This document shows, one piece after another, positions 13,830-28,173 of a DNA stretch of 64,000 bases. This stretch comes from Camelus dromedarius. Its lineage: Eukaryota. The stretch's first letter is position 1. Each line of letters begins with the position of its first letter. The notes beneath the pieces are model-generated. The model saw only the letters and a program-made list of their open reading frames with translations. It made no database searches and was not told the DNA's origin. Both the position numbers and the translations under genes were made by a program. Location of the stretch: contig NC_087437.1 of NCBI RefSeq assembly GCF_036321535.1, forward strand, positions 31,560,001 through 31,624,000, given 5' to 3'.

Positions 13830-15035
13830 TTCCCAAACAATATGTATGGCTTTCTTGTTTTTTGAGCTTTACAAAAATGGTATCATATTCTATGTATGGA
13901 ACTTGATTTTTCCTTACTGTTTCATGTAGCTGCAGTTCATTCTTAATTGTAATGCATTTACGCTTAAATGTAATGCATTATGAGAATATCCTATAATTTA
14001 TTAATCCATTTTCGGGTCCATGGATATCTGTGTTGTTTCTCATTTTTACTGTTATGAACAGTGAGGTAATGAACACGGTACCCACTTCATTAGCATATAC
14101 ATCAGGGATGGAATTGCTGGGCTACGAGGCTGTGCAATTTTATAAAACAATGCTAATAGTTTTTCAAGTTGGTTGTATCGATTTGAATTCACAGCAGTAT
14201 TTTTAAGAGATTCTGTTGACTGTATCCTTTCCAATACCTGGTATTGCCTGACTTCCTATTTTGTCAATCTAGCAGATGTAAAATATTTTCCAATTATCAT
14301 CTTAATTTCTATTTTTAAAATTATTTAAAAGGCTGGACATCTTTTCATATGTCTATTTACCATTGAGGATTTTTCTACTGTGAAATTTCTTTGTATGTTC
14401 TTTGCTTTTTCTATCAAGTCACTTGTCTTTTAATATTGATTGGTAGGAGATCTTGAGATATCCTGGATTCTGATCCTTTGTTGGTTATGTTGTAGTTGTT
14501 GCAAACATCTCCTATTCTAGTTTGTGGTTTTGAGTTTTTACTTTCTAAATGGTGTCTTTTGAGAAACAAATGTTCTTAGTTTTATTGTAGTCAAATTTAT
14601 CAGTATTTACTGGTTAGAACTTTATATATCTTAATTTAAGAAATTCTTCTCTACCCTAAGGTTACAAAATTTCAAAAAATTTTATCCTAAAAGTTAAAAA
14701 ATTTTGCCTACTTTGTATTCTCAGACCACCTGTAGTTGGTATTTCAGACTGATGTGAGGTAGAGATTCAGTTTTGCTCTCTCCATATGGATAACCAGTCA
14801 TTATACTTATTGAATAACCTGCCATGCACTGCCATGCATGTCCATATATCAATGTTCCATAACTATTTTAGATTTTTAACAAGTCTTGATATCTACTATG
14901 AAAAATCCTCCATTGTTCATTAAGAGTAATTTGGTTATTCTTGTCCCTTTGCTTTTCTATATGCATTTTAGAATCAGTTTGTCAATTTTTAAGAAATATT
15001 CTATTTGAATTTTTACTGGAATTACATTGAATCCC
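13830..15035 (-). mobile_element. Old LINE-1 3' region, antisense
   Basis: T-rich with ggaattgctgggcta, gtagtcaaatttatca, gcattttagaatcagtttgtcaa, gaattacattgaatc. Confidence 0.8.
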
Positions 15036-15039
15036 TCAA

Positions 15040-16310
15040 CCTCAACCCACTCTATTCTGGCTTCAATCTCTAGGACTCCACTAAAATTGATTTTGTCAAA
15101 ATCACCAAAAATCTCCACGTTGCCAAATCAAATGGATTTTTCTTCATTCTCATTTTACTTGACTTACTAACAGCATTCATAAGAACATTCTCCTTTTTGA
15201 CTGCGTTTATGCTCTGGACTTCAGAAACATCACATTGTCCTCATTTTCTTCCTAAACCACTGAACTAGTCTCAGTATTTACAGCTGGCTCTTTCTCCTCT
15301 GCCTGAAATCTGAAAGTTGGACTGTCACAGGGCCTAGTTTTCAATTCTCTCTCCTTAATTGTCTTCTGGCTTTAAGTGTTCCTATGTATTGGTATCTCCC
15401 AGATCTATAACTGACCCAAGCTTCAGACTTGTGTATCCAATTACACAACTGACATTTCCAGTTGAATTCCAAATAGACACTGCAAACTAAATGTACATAA
15501 ACGACCTCTTGAATTCTGTCCTAAATATGATTCTCTCTCATATGCCCAGTTGCTTAACTTGAAAAATCAGGATCTCAGTCACTCTAGATTATTCCCTTCC
15601 CCTTATCCTTTGCATCTAATCCATTGGCAAGTTTATAAGTGCTACTTCCAAAATACATCTTGAATCCATCTACTTTACTCCATTGCCACCGCCATCATCC
15701 GAGTCTAAGCCACCATCCTTTCTTGCTTTGCCTACTACAAGAACCTACTAATGGGTCTCTCTCCTCCTGTTCTTGCCTCTCCATAATTAACTCTCCACTA
15801 AGCAACCAAAGTAACGTAAGAGTTAGGACAGAACATGTGCTGCCTCTGGTTAAAATCTTCAAAGGCTTCTTGTTGCACTTAGAATAAAATCTTAAACTCC
15901 TCACTATAGCCCACAGATATTACGAAGCTGACTCCTTCCTACCTCTTGGGTCTCTGCTCATTAATCCCATGGGAATTAATCCCACTGACCTCCTTTTGCT
16001 TCTTCGATTATGATAAGCTGTCTCCCACATCAGGGCTTTAACAGGTGCTGCCCCTGGTGCCCTCAGCTCACTGGATGGCTCATACTTCCTTATCATTCTT
16101 CTATCAGTTCAAATATCCTCAGAGGGGACTTCCCTGACTCCAAAGGGTCTGGAATTATTTTGTTTATTTATTGGTTTACATATTTATTCCTAACTGGAAT
16201 TAAGTTCTTTGAGGACTGGGGCCTTAGGCTGTCTTGTTCATCATTGTATCCTAGCACCTGGAACAGTGCTTGGCATGTGGAAAGTGTTCAATGAGTATTT
16301 ACTGAATGGA
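15040..16310 (+). mobile_element. LINE-2 3' portion
   Basis: tctccacgttgccaaatcaaatgg; tail cctagcacctggaacagtgcttggcatgtggaaagtgttcaatgagtatttactgaatg. Confidence 0.85.
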
Positions 16311-17029
16311 TAAAAGCATCTCCCAGAGGGAATGTGTGGTAGGATAAGGAAAGAGGACAGATGACTGAGGCTTGTTAACCATCTCTTTTTTTCAACCGGT
16401 ATGCAAAAAAAGGACAGGCAAATGGACTTGGTATAGAAAGGAACAAAGAAAAAGACAAACAACTGATGAGTGTTAATGGTATTTCCTTTCTTCTGCTATT
16501 GTTGATATGCTATTTGTAATAAATTCAAATTAGTAGAGCAAATCAACTTATCTGAATTTATATTGTTTCATAATGAAATGGGCCATTGTCAGCTAATGAA
16601 AACAATTTATATTCATAATTTGGGGAGAAGAAATTAAATTTACAAGAAGGTGTTCATCAAGTAGTCTTTTTTAACCTTGTTTGACAATCCATTTATGTCT
16701 AAAATACTGAACTTACACATTTGTTTTAAAATCTTAAATAACACTTAATTGCTAAGAATGTAGTTCTTTAATGCATATTTTTTGTGTCTAATCTATTTTG
16801 GAGAAGGAGAGGTTTAGATAACTCTCAGTATATTATTTTTCTCTCAGCTTTAATTATTGTCTTAGTAAAATTTTAGTTGAATGTATAACTGAAAGTGTAC
16901 TATGGGTGATACAACACTTGGTTTAACAAACAGAATATGCTGGAATAGTCAGTAAATGATAATAAATAGCTACTTATATTTTTCTTTTTTACTTTTTAAA
17001 AAAATTCTTTTTAATTCTTATTTTTCTGC

Positions 17030-17180
17030 TTTTTTTTTTTGAGGGGGGAAGTAATCAGGTTTGTTTGTTTGTTTGTTTGTTTGTTTATTTATTTATTTTA
17101 ATGAAGGTACTGGTGATTGAACTCAGGACCTTGTGCATGCTAAGCAAGTACTTTATCACTGAGCTATAACCCCCCTCCCC
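17030..17180 (-). mobile_element. Camelid tRNA-derived SINE (Vic-1-like)
   Basis: ggtactggtgattgaactcaggaccttgtgcatgctaagcaagtactttatcactgagctata is an antisense tRNA-like head with A/B boxes; T-rich tail on the left. Confidence 0.8.
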
Positions 17181-17655
17181 TTTTGACTTATGTACTTAAC
17201 AAATCTATACATAATGCCTAGTATGTGCCTGGCACTGTTCTAATTACTTTAAAACATGAACATGTTTAATTCAATTCTTATAAAAACCCTACAGCTATTA
17301 TTGCCCCATTTTATATATGTGGAAACTGATACACGGAGGTTAAATACCATTCCAAGCTCACATAACTAGTAGTAGGTGCCAAAGTTGATATTAAAATCCA
17401 GGCAGTTCTTGGTACTGACTATTCACTGTAACTGGATGTGATAGTGACTGAAAGTTGGTTATGTAAATGAAAATATGTTTTCTTTATCCAGTTGAAATAA
17501 TTTTGTGATATGCTTGTTATACTGAATAGTTGCTTGTTCTAAAGTACAAGAAGAGCTAGTAAGACAGGCAGGCTGCTGAAGTATCATTTAGCACACATGG
17601 TATTCTGAAAGATATCACTAGTATTTCTATGGTTAGGTTCACTATGGACCATTTT

Positions 17656-17802
17656 TTATTGATTTTTTAGTATGGGGGAGGCAATTTAATTAATTAATTA
17701 ATTAAAATCATTTTTAATAGACCTACTGGGGATTGAACCCAGGACCTTGTGAATGCTAAGCATGCACTCTACCACTGAGCTATACTCTCCCTGCCCCCAC
17801 CA
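17656..17802 (-). mobile_element. Camelid tRNA-derived SINE (Vic-1-like) with 15-bp TSD
   Basis: Same head; TSD actatggaccatttt at 17641-17655 and 17803-17817. Confidence 0.85.
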
Positions 17803-17817
17803 ACTATGGACCATTTT

Positions 17818-17921
17818 GTGACTTGTGCAGTGTACAACTCCAGAGGGCATCACCCACATAGGTTCCATGAGAATGGCACCCCTTAGAGTTGTTCAGGGTA
17901 TAACCATCTGTAGTGGCTCTG
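17818..17921. mobile_element. MER91-like hAT DNA transposon (more diverged relative at about 32423-32553)
   Basis: Imperfect palindrome gtgcagtgtacaactccagagggc...gaatggcaccccttagagttgttcag. Confidence 0.6.
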
Positions 17922-20900
17922 CCAGTGGCCTGAAGATTTATTGGCTATCTCAGAGTATGGCTTCCAAGCAGGAGACCTTTCTCTCTACATAACTCATTTC
18001 TAGTTTTATATCCATCAAAATTTATTACTAAAAGTGTATTAAAATGCCACTCTGTGTCCTGGATAATTGTCATGTCTCTTCCATTTTCAGCTTACTAGAA
18101 AGAAAAAAATGCTTAAATCTTTAAACATCTCCATATATGGTACACTATAGAAATACTTCTTTTTTTCCCCTCTGTGCAATGTTATGATTTTAAATGCCTT
18201 TCTCAGTACTTTTGGAGATGGCAACAAATCTAAGCCAAGATTTCGTGAAAGGCCAAATCCATTTCATCGTCCACTTGCCTTTAGATAGTTCTGAGAACAT
18301 CTTACTTATATTCTCAATTTAGTTGACTGGCAATCAGCTCATGTGGTACTCCTGGTCCACTGAACTTAACTCCAAAATGTGGATGCTATCACTGCCAGTG
18401 ACACTCCAGGCAGAGCCAGAGCAGTCATAGGTACATGGGACCTAAGCAGTCATCTGGCCTAATTTTTCCTTAGGCAGATGAAGAACCTGAGGCCTGGAAA
18501 GTTGACAGTAGTCCAGGCACACCCAGCTGGTTGGTGGCAGGAATGAGACTTGAATCTGAGATTCCAAACTCTTACTTTTTTGCTTTTTTCTGTTACACCT
18601 CACTATGCCCCGTACCCTTGTAGAAAACACAGACATTATCTTGTGTAAATACTTAAAAAAAACTATGTCTCAACTTTCTTGTCTGCCCTTGTCTACATTC
18701 ACTGGGACAATCAGTACAGTTCTTTGAGCAGTACAGTTCTTTGAGCGTTAAATGTGATCTACCCCATTTTAAGGAAGGAAAATCCATTACTAGCTCAGAA
18801 ATATAGACTGATGGTTTACTGGTTATCACACAGGAGTCAGGGTCCCACCATGAATTGTGTGAATTAATTGATCAATTAACTTCTTTGGGTTTTCCCCAAT
18901 TATGAAAGGAGGAGGCTGGACAATATACCTGCCATGTACTCTCTAGCTCTTGTGATTCCATGATTCTGTGAACTACCATTGTGATTCTCAGTTATCTTGT
19001 CCTTAAGGTGCATTTGGAACAGAACTCTCCTTTTATGTCTCCATTAAATGAGATCATGTTTTTTAGTAGCCTCGTCAGTTGTGCTACCTTATTTTTCACA
19101 TGTTGCTTTCAGTGCGTAGTACCCTAACCCTCTTGTGTACTTTCCTTTTCTTCCAAATTGCCACTGAATATACAGTGACCTGTCATTCTGCTCTGGCTAG
19201 TCTAGTTTTACTTTTTATTTTGGTTTTGGTTGGAAGAGGATTGTTGCCAAATGAGCAGAGAAGGAAATCTCCCAGGTGGACTTTTCAGTGTCCCAGGGAC
19301 CTGTCAGGAGTTGCCAGGCTTAGGGGCACATGACTGATTAAACCAGGGGTTGAGCCTGGTCCACAGGGAACTCAAGGTGGGGGGCTGCCTTGAGAACTGA
19401 GGCAAAATAGATGATCAGGACTAGACAGTGACCAACGGACTCAAACAGATCCTCTCTCGGAGCCTTGAATGGAGACAAAAAGCAGACTACAGAAGACAGC
19501 AACAGAGACCCAGAGGCATGCCATTTGGAGTCTTGAAACAGAAGCACTGTGGTAGGAGAAGCCAAGAAGTGGGGAAAAGTTAGTCAGAAAGAACAGAAAA
19601 TAAATGAAGACAGAGAGTGGCTGAGTCATAATAATAGTAGACTTACTAAAGCGAGGATAAACAAATAAGCCTGAGGCAACGTCCAGATGACTAGAGCTCT
19701 TGTATTATGAGTGTGTCAGAAGCCCTCACTGCACGCTGTACTCCATGAGACCTGGCTGGCTAAAAGTTGCGTTTTATAGCTCTGTGGTTCCCCCCATCTA
19801 TCTATCTAATAATTTCCATCTCCTGAAGCATCCCAAATAGGCCTGTGCACTTTGCCACTTGGAAGAGCCTAAATAACACGGTGCCTTTGTTGAATCCACA
19901 CACCAGGTTCTTGGAGGACCTGGGTGATGTGTCGTGCCGTCATAAAGGAAGCTGAATAAAGCTTTGAGATGTACAGAACTACTTTGGGAGTGATTGAGCC
20001 CATGTTAGGCTGGCAAAAGAATAGTTCTGTATAGGAGCAAGATGTAGCCATAATAACTGGGCTGGAGCAGAGTGAAGCCTTGTGAGTAGGTGAAGGAAGA
20101 GCGGTCTATGTAGCAAGATTACCAGGAAGGGCCCCTACCCTAAATATTTTACCTCTAATTTGCCACCACACAGCCTGAAATTCTTACTGAGAGATTAACT
20201 TTTATAGTGGAAGTCAAAATCTCTCCAAGTGCCCACTTATAAAGTGCTTATGTCCAGAGATAAGATTAACACTTAAAGTTATTATCAGTATTTCACATCT
20301 AAGTGTGCATTCATTCAGCAAGCCCATTCTGTGCCCTTTGTTGTCTTAAAAGGACTGAGAAAATAAAAGTGTTGATGGTGTCAGGTCACGGAAGGTCAGG
20401 AGGGGATATTATCAAAAGATGAAGTACTACTGAAGGAAATCATGGTGACCAAGTGGACAAAATAAACTCTGGCTAATTTTGGTGAAGGGCTGAAGAAAAC
20501 ATTAAGGATGAAGCCAGATGTCAAATACCTCCAGGCCTCATTCAAGGACAACTTTCAAGGATGATGTATGTTTAAAAAGTCTGAGCTGAGTCCATTCTCT
20601 ACTTCTTGTTTATTATACATAGAACTTGGAGTCTCTGGACCGGTTTTTCCATCTATAAAATGAGACATAATAATAAAATATAATTGTTCAGAGGAAGGTA
20701 GTAAGGACCAACTGAGAGGATGGAGGTCAAATGACTTTGATAGTTGCAAACTGCATCTGTTGCTAAGTAGTTCAATCCAGGAGCTGATGGAGAAGGCATT
20801 ATCCTCACGGTACCCCTTCCTGCTGCTCCCCAGGGAGAGGAACATGGATTGACTTGTCTTCCACCCAACATTACCGTGGTGGTTACTCATCACTCTGAGA

Positions 20901-21059
20901 TATTTTTTCCTCATCCTGTTCTCAGCAGCAGTCACTCTTCTATTCATTATTGATCTTGCTCTTCTAAATTGGTTATGAAATTCACCTTAAAAGTAGCCCA
21001 TTAGATTTTCTCTTTAGCCTCTTCTCTTTCTCTTATAAATGTTTTCTAACAGGTAGGTA

Positions 21060-21585
21060 TGGCACTTCAGAAGCATTGTTTGCAAATTACAGAAAACTTG
21101 AATCAAGCTGGTTTAAACAACATGGGAGTTTAATGGCTTATATTACTAAATGGTCTAGAGATAGATCTTCAGGCAAAGCTGGATCAAGCAGTAAAGTGAT
21201 GACATCTGGGGCCTAGTTAATTTCAGTTTCTCACTTCTGCCCTCCATAGTATTTGCTTTATGTCAAGGCTAGTTTCCATTATGATCCAATTGCATCAGTG
21301 TTCTTGTCCACCAGGAAAAAGAGGATGACTTTTCCCCAGCAAAAGCCTCAAGATTCACTTTCATTGGATAAGTATAGGTTACATGCCCCCTTTGAACAAA
21401 TCTCTGTGGCCAGGAGGGAGTCTGCACGGAATAATTTAACCTAAGTCACATCCTCTACTCCTGGGGCTAAAAGCAGATTAAGTTTTTCCAGAGCCTCATA
21501 AATTTCTGAACAGTTTCTGGGCTGACAAGGAAGTGAACAGGGAGAAATGGATGCTGAGGAGGCCACTAACCAAAGCCCACTATAA
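21060..21585 (-). mobile_element. MaLR (MLT1-type) solo LTR
   Basis: tttgcaaattacagaaaac...tttaatggcttatattact...cttcaggcaaagctggatcaag...tgaacaaatctctgtggccagg. Confidence 0.7.
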
Positions 21586-23491
21586 CACGTTAGAAAGAAA
21601 TACTCTCCTTACATGAAAAGCTGCAGTGGCCAAATGCTTAAAGTTTTTCCATTTGAAAACTAGAGCACATGCTGTTTAAACCAAATTTGATGTGTCTAAT
21701 GTGATACAAATTGACTTTCATCAGCAGGCATGAAGAACAATCATTAACCTTTGAAATCTGTGATTTTATAAAGCATTGAATTCTATATTCAATGCTCTCA
21801 TGAGGGAAACTTTATTGTTTACGCATTTTAGCCATTTTCAACATGATCTAAATTGAAACAGAGAATGTGTTTTTGCTTTTTTTTCCCGTCTAGTGTAAAA
21901 TCGAATAAGCAACAGCACACTGCAGGAAGTCAGTCTAGCCACAGCAAATCTGTACTTGTTTTTGTGAGAGAGGATGGGAAGAATGAATATTTGCCCTGTG
22001 GCATCAATTTCCTGTTTAATGTTCTCCAAGAGGCATTTGGAAAATGCCCAGCAACACAGATGTACGTAAATACCATACATAACGTGTTTTTGTGAGTGGA
22101 AAGAGGAGTCTGTAAAATTATGACAAGGCTGATTTGCCCTCACCGCCTGGTAGTTGGTGAGTCACTCCACCTTTCACTTAATGGTTTGGAGGATGGATCA
22201 TTCCAGAGTGTGGAATTTGAAAGACAAGCAGTATAGGAATAGCAAGGCATTTGGCTTCTTAGCTCAAGTTCTTACTCATTTAAGGCTACTTACATCCCAA
22301 AGTTGGCTTGAGCCTGTTGGAGATTGTCTTCAGACTGCCTGTAAGAAATATATATATATCAATCATGACAGTTTTCGAAAAAAACAAACAAATGAAATAA
22401 ACACCCCAAATAGAATCCCATCTGTAAGATCTGCAGACACAAATTGTTTTCAAACCACAGAAAAACGTATGCACATACCACATAGCATCGCTCAAGGTGT
22501 GGGCAGATGTGTTCTCAGTTCTGTAGAGTCATATTACCCCAGACCACTCACATACCATTTTTGGACAACTTATTTGAAAGGTCATGGCTTGGTTGGCGAA
22601 CCAAACTCTTATTTTGTTTCAGCAACTAACCTCTAGGGCTACTACATAATTTAAGAACTTGACACAGAAGGAAAGATTCACACAGAAAGAATTCATCCTT
22701 TAACTTACCCATTTGAGCCATTTCCTCACATAAGGCAAGATGAGAAATAATAGTTATGATCTATTAAGCATCTGCTTAGTTAGGTACTTAGGAAGGACTA
22801 TGCAAGGAAGGCCTTTATATACTGCACTGGTAATCCTTCTTTTACCCCACTGTTTGTTTCAAATCTCCCCCATCTTATAGATGAGGAAACCAGGACTCAC
22901 AGAAGATAAATTACAGCCAAGGTCACCCCAGTAACTAATGGAGCCAGCATTCGAACCCAGACCTGTCTGGCCCTGAAGTCCATGCTCTTTCCTCAAATTT
23001 ATAAATTAATTTATGATTCATGGATAGGATTCAGAAGATTCACAAGAGCCTAAAATTGAATGCAAATTTGTTAACAATGTATATATATGCATTCTTCTGG
23101 GGGGAGGGTCTAAAACTTTTCTCAGATTTATCAGCTATATTTCTAAAGCCTTGCATAGTTTTGAATAGAGTAGGCACGTGATAAATATTTGTTCAGTGAA
23201 CAATGTAGTTCCATGACACACACAAAAAGGATTAGTACCACTGCCTTTACTAATGCCTCTGTATTGCTATAGCTTGTCCCTTTACCTGTCCTACAGTTTA
23301 ACAGATTTGAACTTCCAGTACAATCGGCTTTGTTTTGGATACATAAATTCACTTTTTTAAAAAGTTGAAAATGCAGAATTCAGTTGATGATCCATTTGAA
23401 ACTATGTGATATCTATAGAACAAATTAAATGTTTTTAGAGGCTATTGTCTAAGGAGATGTTTTTTCTTAAATAGAGTTTGCTAATGCAAAG

Positions 23492-23830
23492 GACTGGAAA
23501 CTATTTCGATCACTATAGAATAGAAATATAACGTGAGCCACAAAGGCAAACCACATTTGTAATTTTTAAACTTTCTGGTAGCCACAAAAACAGTAAAAAG
23601 AAAGGTGAAGCTAAAAAAAATCATGTTTTAATTAAGTCAGTATGTCCAAAACACTATCATTTCAACCTGAAAGCAATATGAAAAATCATTAATGAACTAT
23701 TTTACTTTTTTTTTTTTTCATACTAAATCTTGGAAATCCAGTGTGTGTTTTTGCACTTACTTCAGACTGGCTTCATTTCTCATGCTCGGTGGCCACGCTG
23801 GCTCATGGCTGCTGTACTGGGCGGTGCACA
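23492..23830. mobile_element. MER33-like hAT-Charlie element
   Basis: aatagaaatataacgtgagccaca...ttctggtagccaca...tatcatttcaac...ggtggccac...gtactgg. Confidence 0.75.
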
Positions 23831-25017
23831 TGGAGACCCAGGTGGTTGAAAGACTTGGGTAATGTTGATGAAGCAGGGAAGAAAGCAGAGAGAGAATGTG
23901 GCAGGTTTGGGCATGTGGGGAGACACTTCGATAATCCAAGATATGGTGACGGTAGGCTAGGCCGCCAGCTCATATTGCCAAAATTGTAGCTTTGCAGGTC
24001 ATTATTAAGACAGGCTCTGGAAAACTGTAAAATTCAGCATTCAGCAGACGTCTTTTCCTATTCCTGCAGTCACCTTCTTTTCTTGGTAACAGACGTGCAG
24101 ATCCTGGGTGCACATTTAGGGGAAGATGTGATGCAGAGTGACTAAAGTTACGCCTAGTAATTACAATAATTTTGTTCTTTTAACCACACCTAAAGCAAAG
24201 GATCTGTGAGTTTTATAGTGCATAGCCTAGGCTGTCTCCACGTCCTGGAGTTGCATTCCTCCACTTGACAGATTCAGGAAGGAGGCTGCAGAGCCCTGAG
24301 GTCATAGTCTGCAAGAACAGACAAAGCCATAAAACAGCGCAGGAAATTTTGTTCTGCACCCTGCCCAAGCTTCACTCATAGATCTTTCTTGTGCTTTTTG
24401 AGGCTGTTCTCAGGCTTTTCCACAGGGTGTGGTCCTAGTCTACTCCCCGGCCTGCCTTTCCTAAGGCTGAGATTGAGCTCATTAAAACACCTTCTGCTCC
24501 TAGGTAGACAGCTTGCGATCTAGACACACAGCTAGAAATACTTAGTTGATATAAAGCATCTTTTGGAATTACAGTTCTTCCCCTAAATTTTTCAGGTACT
24601 CCATATGACAAGCATAACTTTATTTTTCCCCATAAGATACTTATAATCCATTTGGGAGCTTATGGTCTGGTTAACACAAGTACCACACCTAGAATTCCCA
24701 AGAATTGAGAAGTCACCTGAATCCATGTGACATGGTTTCATTCTATCCCTGGCCTTACATTAAAAGCATTCGTTTTAGGCAAGTGGTAGAAAATGTTTTA
24801 AATTTTAAAGGGAAAAAATTGCAACCAAACATATGAAGACCTATGCCACTTGAGGAAAATAGAGATACTATTTATTGGGGAACCCTCAATTTTAACCTCA
24901 TAAGCTCTTGATAAATTATGAAACATTAACAAGTTCAAATCTTCAAAGTAGAATGAAATCATACATCCACACAAATATTTGCTGGGTGAGGTGCCGACAC
25001 AGCTGAACAAAATTTTT

Positions 25018-25107
25018 CCACCATCACTGTTATCACCACCTGTTACCAATACCATCACTACCACCAGCACTACCAGCACCACCACCACTGTTACCACCGC
25101 CACCAAC
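25018..25107 (+). repeat. Imperfect (ACC)n low-complexity tract
   Basis: ccaccatcactgttatcaccacc...accaccaccactgttaccaccgccaccaac. Confidence 0.8.
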
Positions 25108-26031
25108 ACGCCTCTCCTTCCGCTAACCTGCTTCAGGTAGTTGGGAAAAGAACCTAGGGAAACAATGTTTCATGGGGAGTTGCCTCTGCACCAGGGCCAT
25201 GTCCTCCCACAGGTTACTGGGTCATGGAGTGGTATGAATTGAAAAGTGCAGCTTTTGTGAATTCAATCCACAATCCAAACACTATCTAGCTCCTCTATAA
25301 TGATGCAAAGTTATTTGCTGAGGTAGACATGAACTAGTGTAATAGAGTCTAAGAAAGCAATTAACTAGGAGGGTGAAAATACATGTCAGAGATGACTGTG
25401 GCTGAAAACCCTTGGGGAGTAATAAGACAGGAATTCTTAGGACTTAGTTCATAATGGAGAGTGTCAGAGTGTGGAGGAGTGGATGGGTAGGCAATGACTC
25501 ATATTCCCCACACAGGGTATAACCTCAAAAGACTGAGGCTGCTTCTACAAAGTATATATGAAAACCAGTCTCAGAACTGCAGTCACTACTCAGGGTGGCC
25601 ATTGACTCTGTGCTGGTTAATTTCTAAGACTGCTTTTGTAGCAGAATAGTGCCTTGTTCACAGCCAGTTTACAAGCGAAGCTGTTAGGAGGATGTTCTTC
25701 AACACGTGTGCTCTGGAGCAAGTTTCTTAATTCTCTGAGCCTAAGTGGCTTCATCTGCAAAATGGGGAGAAGGAAGTATAAATTAGAAAATGTGTAATTT
25801 ATTACATAGGATCTTCAAAACCTATGAGGAATGATCATGATAATGAGGATCTTATTTATTAAGAGAATGCTTGTCTTTTCTCTATTAAGCTCTCTACACC
25901 CTTTGGAAATAGATACTACTATCACCCACCTTTTTACAAACAAGGAAACTAAGGCTCAGCAAGGTTAAGATCATGCAGCTTGCAGGAAGATGTCTGCTGC
26001 TCTGCTTTTCACTGTTGGGTACAAATAGATT

Positions 26032-26032
<1 letters not shown>

Positions 26033-26114
<82 letters not shown>

Positions 26115-26260
26115 GGAGGTGGGGAGGTAATTTGGTTTATTTATAGGTGGGGAGGTAATTTGGTTTGTTTATTTACTTATTTTAAGGGAGGTCGTGGGGA
26201 TTGAACTCAGAACCTCATGCATGCCAAGTGCACACTCTACCACTGAGCTATACCTACCCC
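26033..26260 (-). mobile_element. Camelid tRNA-derived SINE with long (TTTC)n tail (about 26030-26112)
   Basis: Antisense head gattgaactcagaacctcatgcatgccaagtgcacactctaccactgagctata; near-perfect TSD tacaaatagattt / tacaactagattt. Confidence 0.85.
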
Positions 26261-27844
26261 TACAACTAGATTTAATGTGTAAACTGTATAATTTACAATG
26301 GTTTAGACATCAATGGAAGACGAAAATTATCCAAACCCCAAAATATAAATATATATATAGAAAAACTCACTAATCTGGACCAACTGGGCCATTTCAAAGA
26401 AAATGCAGCCTTATTACTTTCAAGTACCTACAGTAACCAGAAAAATGACTAACAAGTGCTGGCAGTTCAGGCTCAGATTTAGTAAATAGATGAAAATGAT
26501 TAGCATATCTAAGAAGTTCTGGTCTTGCCTATACTTTGAATAGAATGTTTTATAAATGAAAGAATTGTCAAGTGTTGGAAGACAAATTATTTTCTTTGGT
26601 AAGTAAATGCTTTCTTTCAGATATTACACGATTCATTTACTTATGAAGACATTTTTTTCATAGATAGTACAAAAGTACACATCAGCTTAGTCCCTCATAC
26701 ATGATAAAAAAGTTAGAGATTAAAACAATACACATTGTGTTAACATTTTTAATCAGATTAACTTATTTGTCTTTTAATTCTTTAGAATATAATGTTCTGA
26801 ATAAATGTAAATTTCTAAAGTGTTTTTCAAATTTTATGGCTATTTAAACTTTATAAACAAGATTTATTCTGGTATTAATATGAATGGCATAGTATCAACT
26901 ATGTCCTTTGTTATTGCAGACAGTTTCTGAGGAATGTAGTCTTTTCTCAGATGAAATATTGATGTCATTTATGAGTTCTCTTTATGGTAAAAAATGGGAA
27001 AATGGAGAAGAAAGTGTTCAGACTACAGTCTTTGACAAGCCTGGCGCTAAATCTGCCCTCGATTACAGACCTGCGACTTCCACTCACTACAGTCTACCAT
27101 GGCCCAACCTGGGTGTGGAATCTTTGAGCTATTGCTGTTAATCCATAGAAAATGTTTTAATGTGATGTGCTCCCCTTAAAAGTTAACGAATTGTTGCAAA
27201 AAGAATAAAGGGATTTATTAAATATGGTGGTCCTGAACCAAGCCAAATATTTTGTGGTTTTGTGGGAAAACAGCAAAGGTAATTGGTAATGTAACAAATG
27301 AGGGTCTCGTCAAGCCCCAGCTGTTAAACACATGATGCTTACTTGGAAGGGCAAATAGCAATATTTTTCCATCCCTTGAGTACATCCTGCTCTTGAAACG
27401 CCTGCATGACGACAATGAACCAATATTGGGAGTGACATACAAAGGAGACTGGGGGACTACATTTCTTTTCTCCTGCCTAAGCAAAACTTCATCTGGGTTA
27501 TATCTGTCTAGAGTTAAATTTTCCGTATCACACAAACTCTGTGTCAATATTTTAATTGCATTTGATAGGATGTTTTTCTTTATAAAAGCTGAACAAACAT
27601 TTGTAATAAATTTTTTATTAGGTAGTGTCTGGTTTTTACCGCATATTTGTGTATATAACTAAATTTAATGTTCAACAAACAACTTTTAAGCATCTGCTTT
27701 ATGCCCCACACTACAACCTGCCCAAGCAAAGGAAAAGAACCAGGCACTAACCTTCAAGAACTTTAAGTCTGGGTAGAGAGATAAGACATATTTATCCAGA
27801 ATCTTAGATGTGCAGAGTTAGAAGGACCTCAGAGGTGATATAGT

Positions 27845-28173
27845 CTTGGGGTTATATATTCAAACTCTAACAGAGTTAGCATAAACAAGTGAAGTCCCCA
27901 GGCCACTTGGGCACCATGCCATGCCAGAGAGTCGCTGCCCTGTGTTAGGGAAATGTGCTTTCCTTCTTAGTGGATTTGCTGTTATGCAGAAATGTAGGTT
28001 TCTTGCCGCCTGATCAGTTGACTTTTTTTTTTTTCAGAGAGGGTAGAATTCCAAGCTTTTGAAAAATTTCCCAATTTTTAAACATTGCCAACTAATTTGA
28101 GTTTTCCTAAGGCCAGATAAAAGACATCTGTGGGTCTTACTCACCCTGCAAGCTGCCATTTTGCAACCTCTGG
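27845..28173. mobile_element. MER102-like hAT-Charlie element inserted in a MIR
   Basis: ttttcagagagggtagaattcca...aatttcccaatttttaaac...ccattttgcaacctctg; MIR halves on both sides. Confidence 0.6.

Noticed and set aside
17720..17790. tRNA-like sequences with A/B boxes (also about 17105, 26190, 29765)
   Set aside because: They are SINE heads with tails and TSDs, not tRNA genes.
18712..18745. Exact 17-bp tandem duplication cagtacagttctttgag
   Set aside because: Ordinary slippage duplication; two units with no spacer, not CRISPR-like.
22154..22636. 160-aa plus-strand ORF
   Set aside because: Non-ATG start, no recognisable motif, no supporting plus-strand splice or promoter structure.
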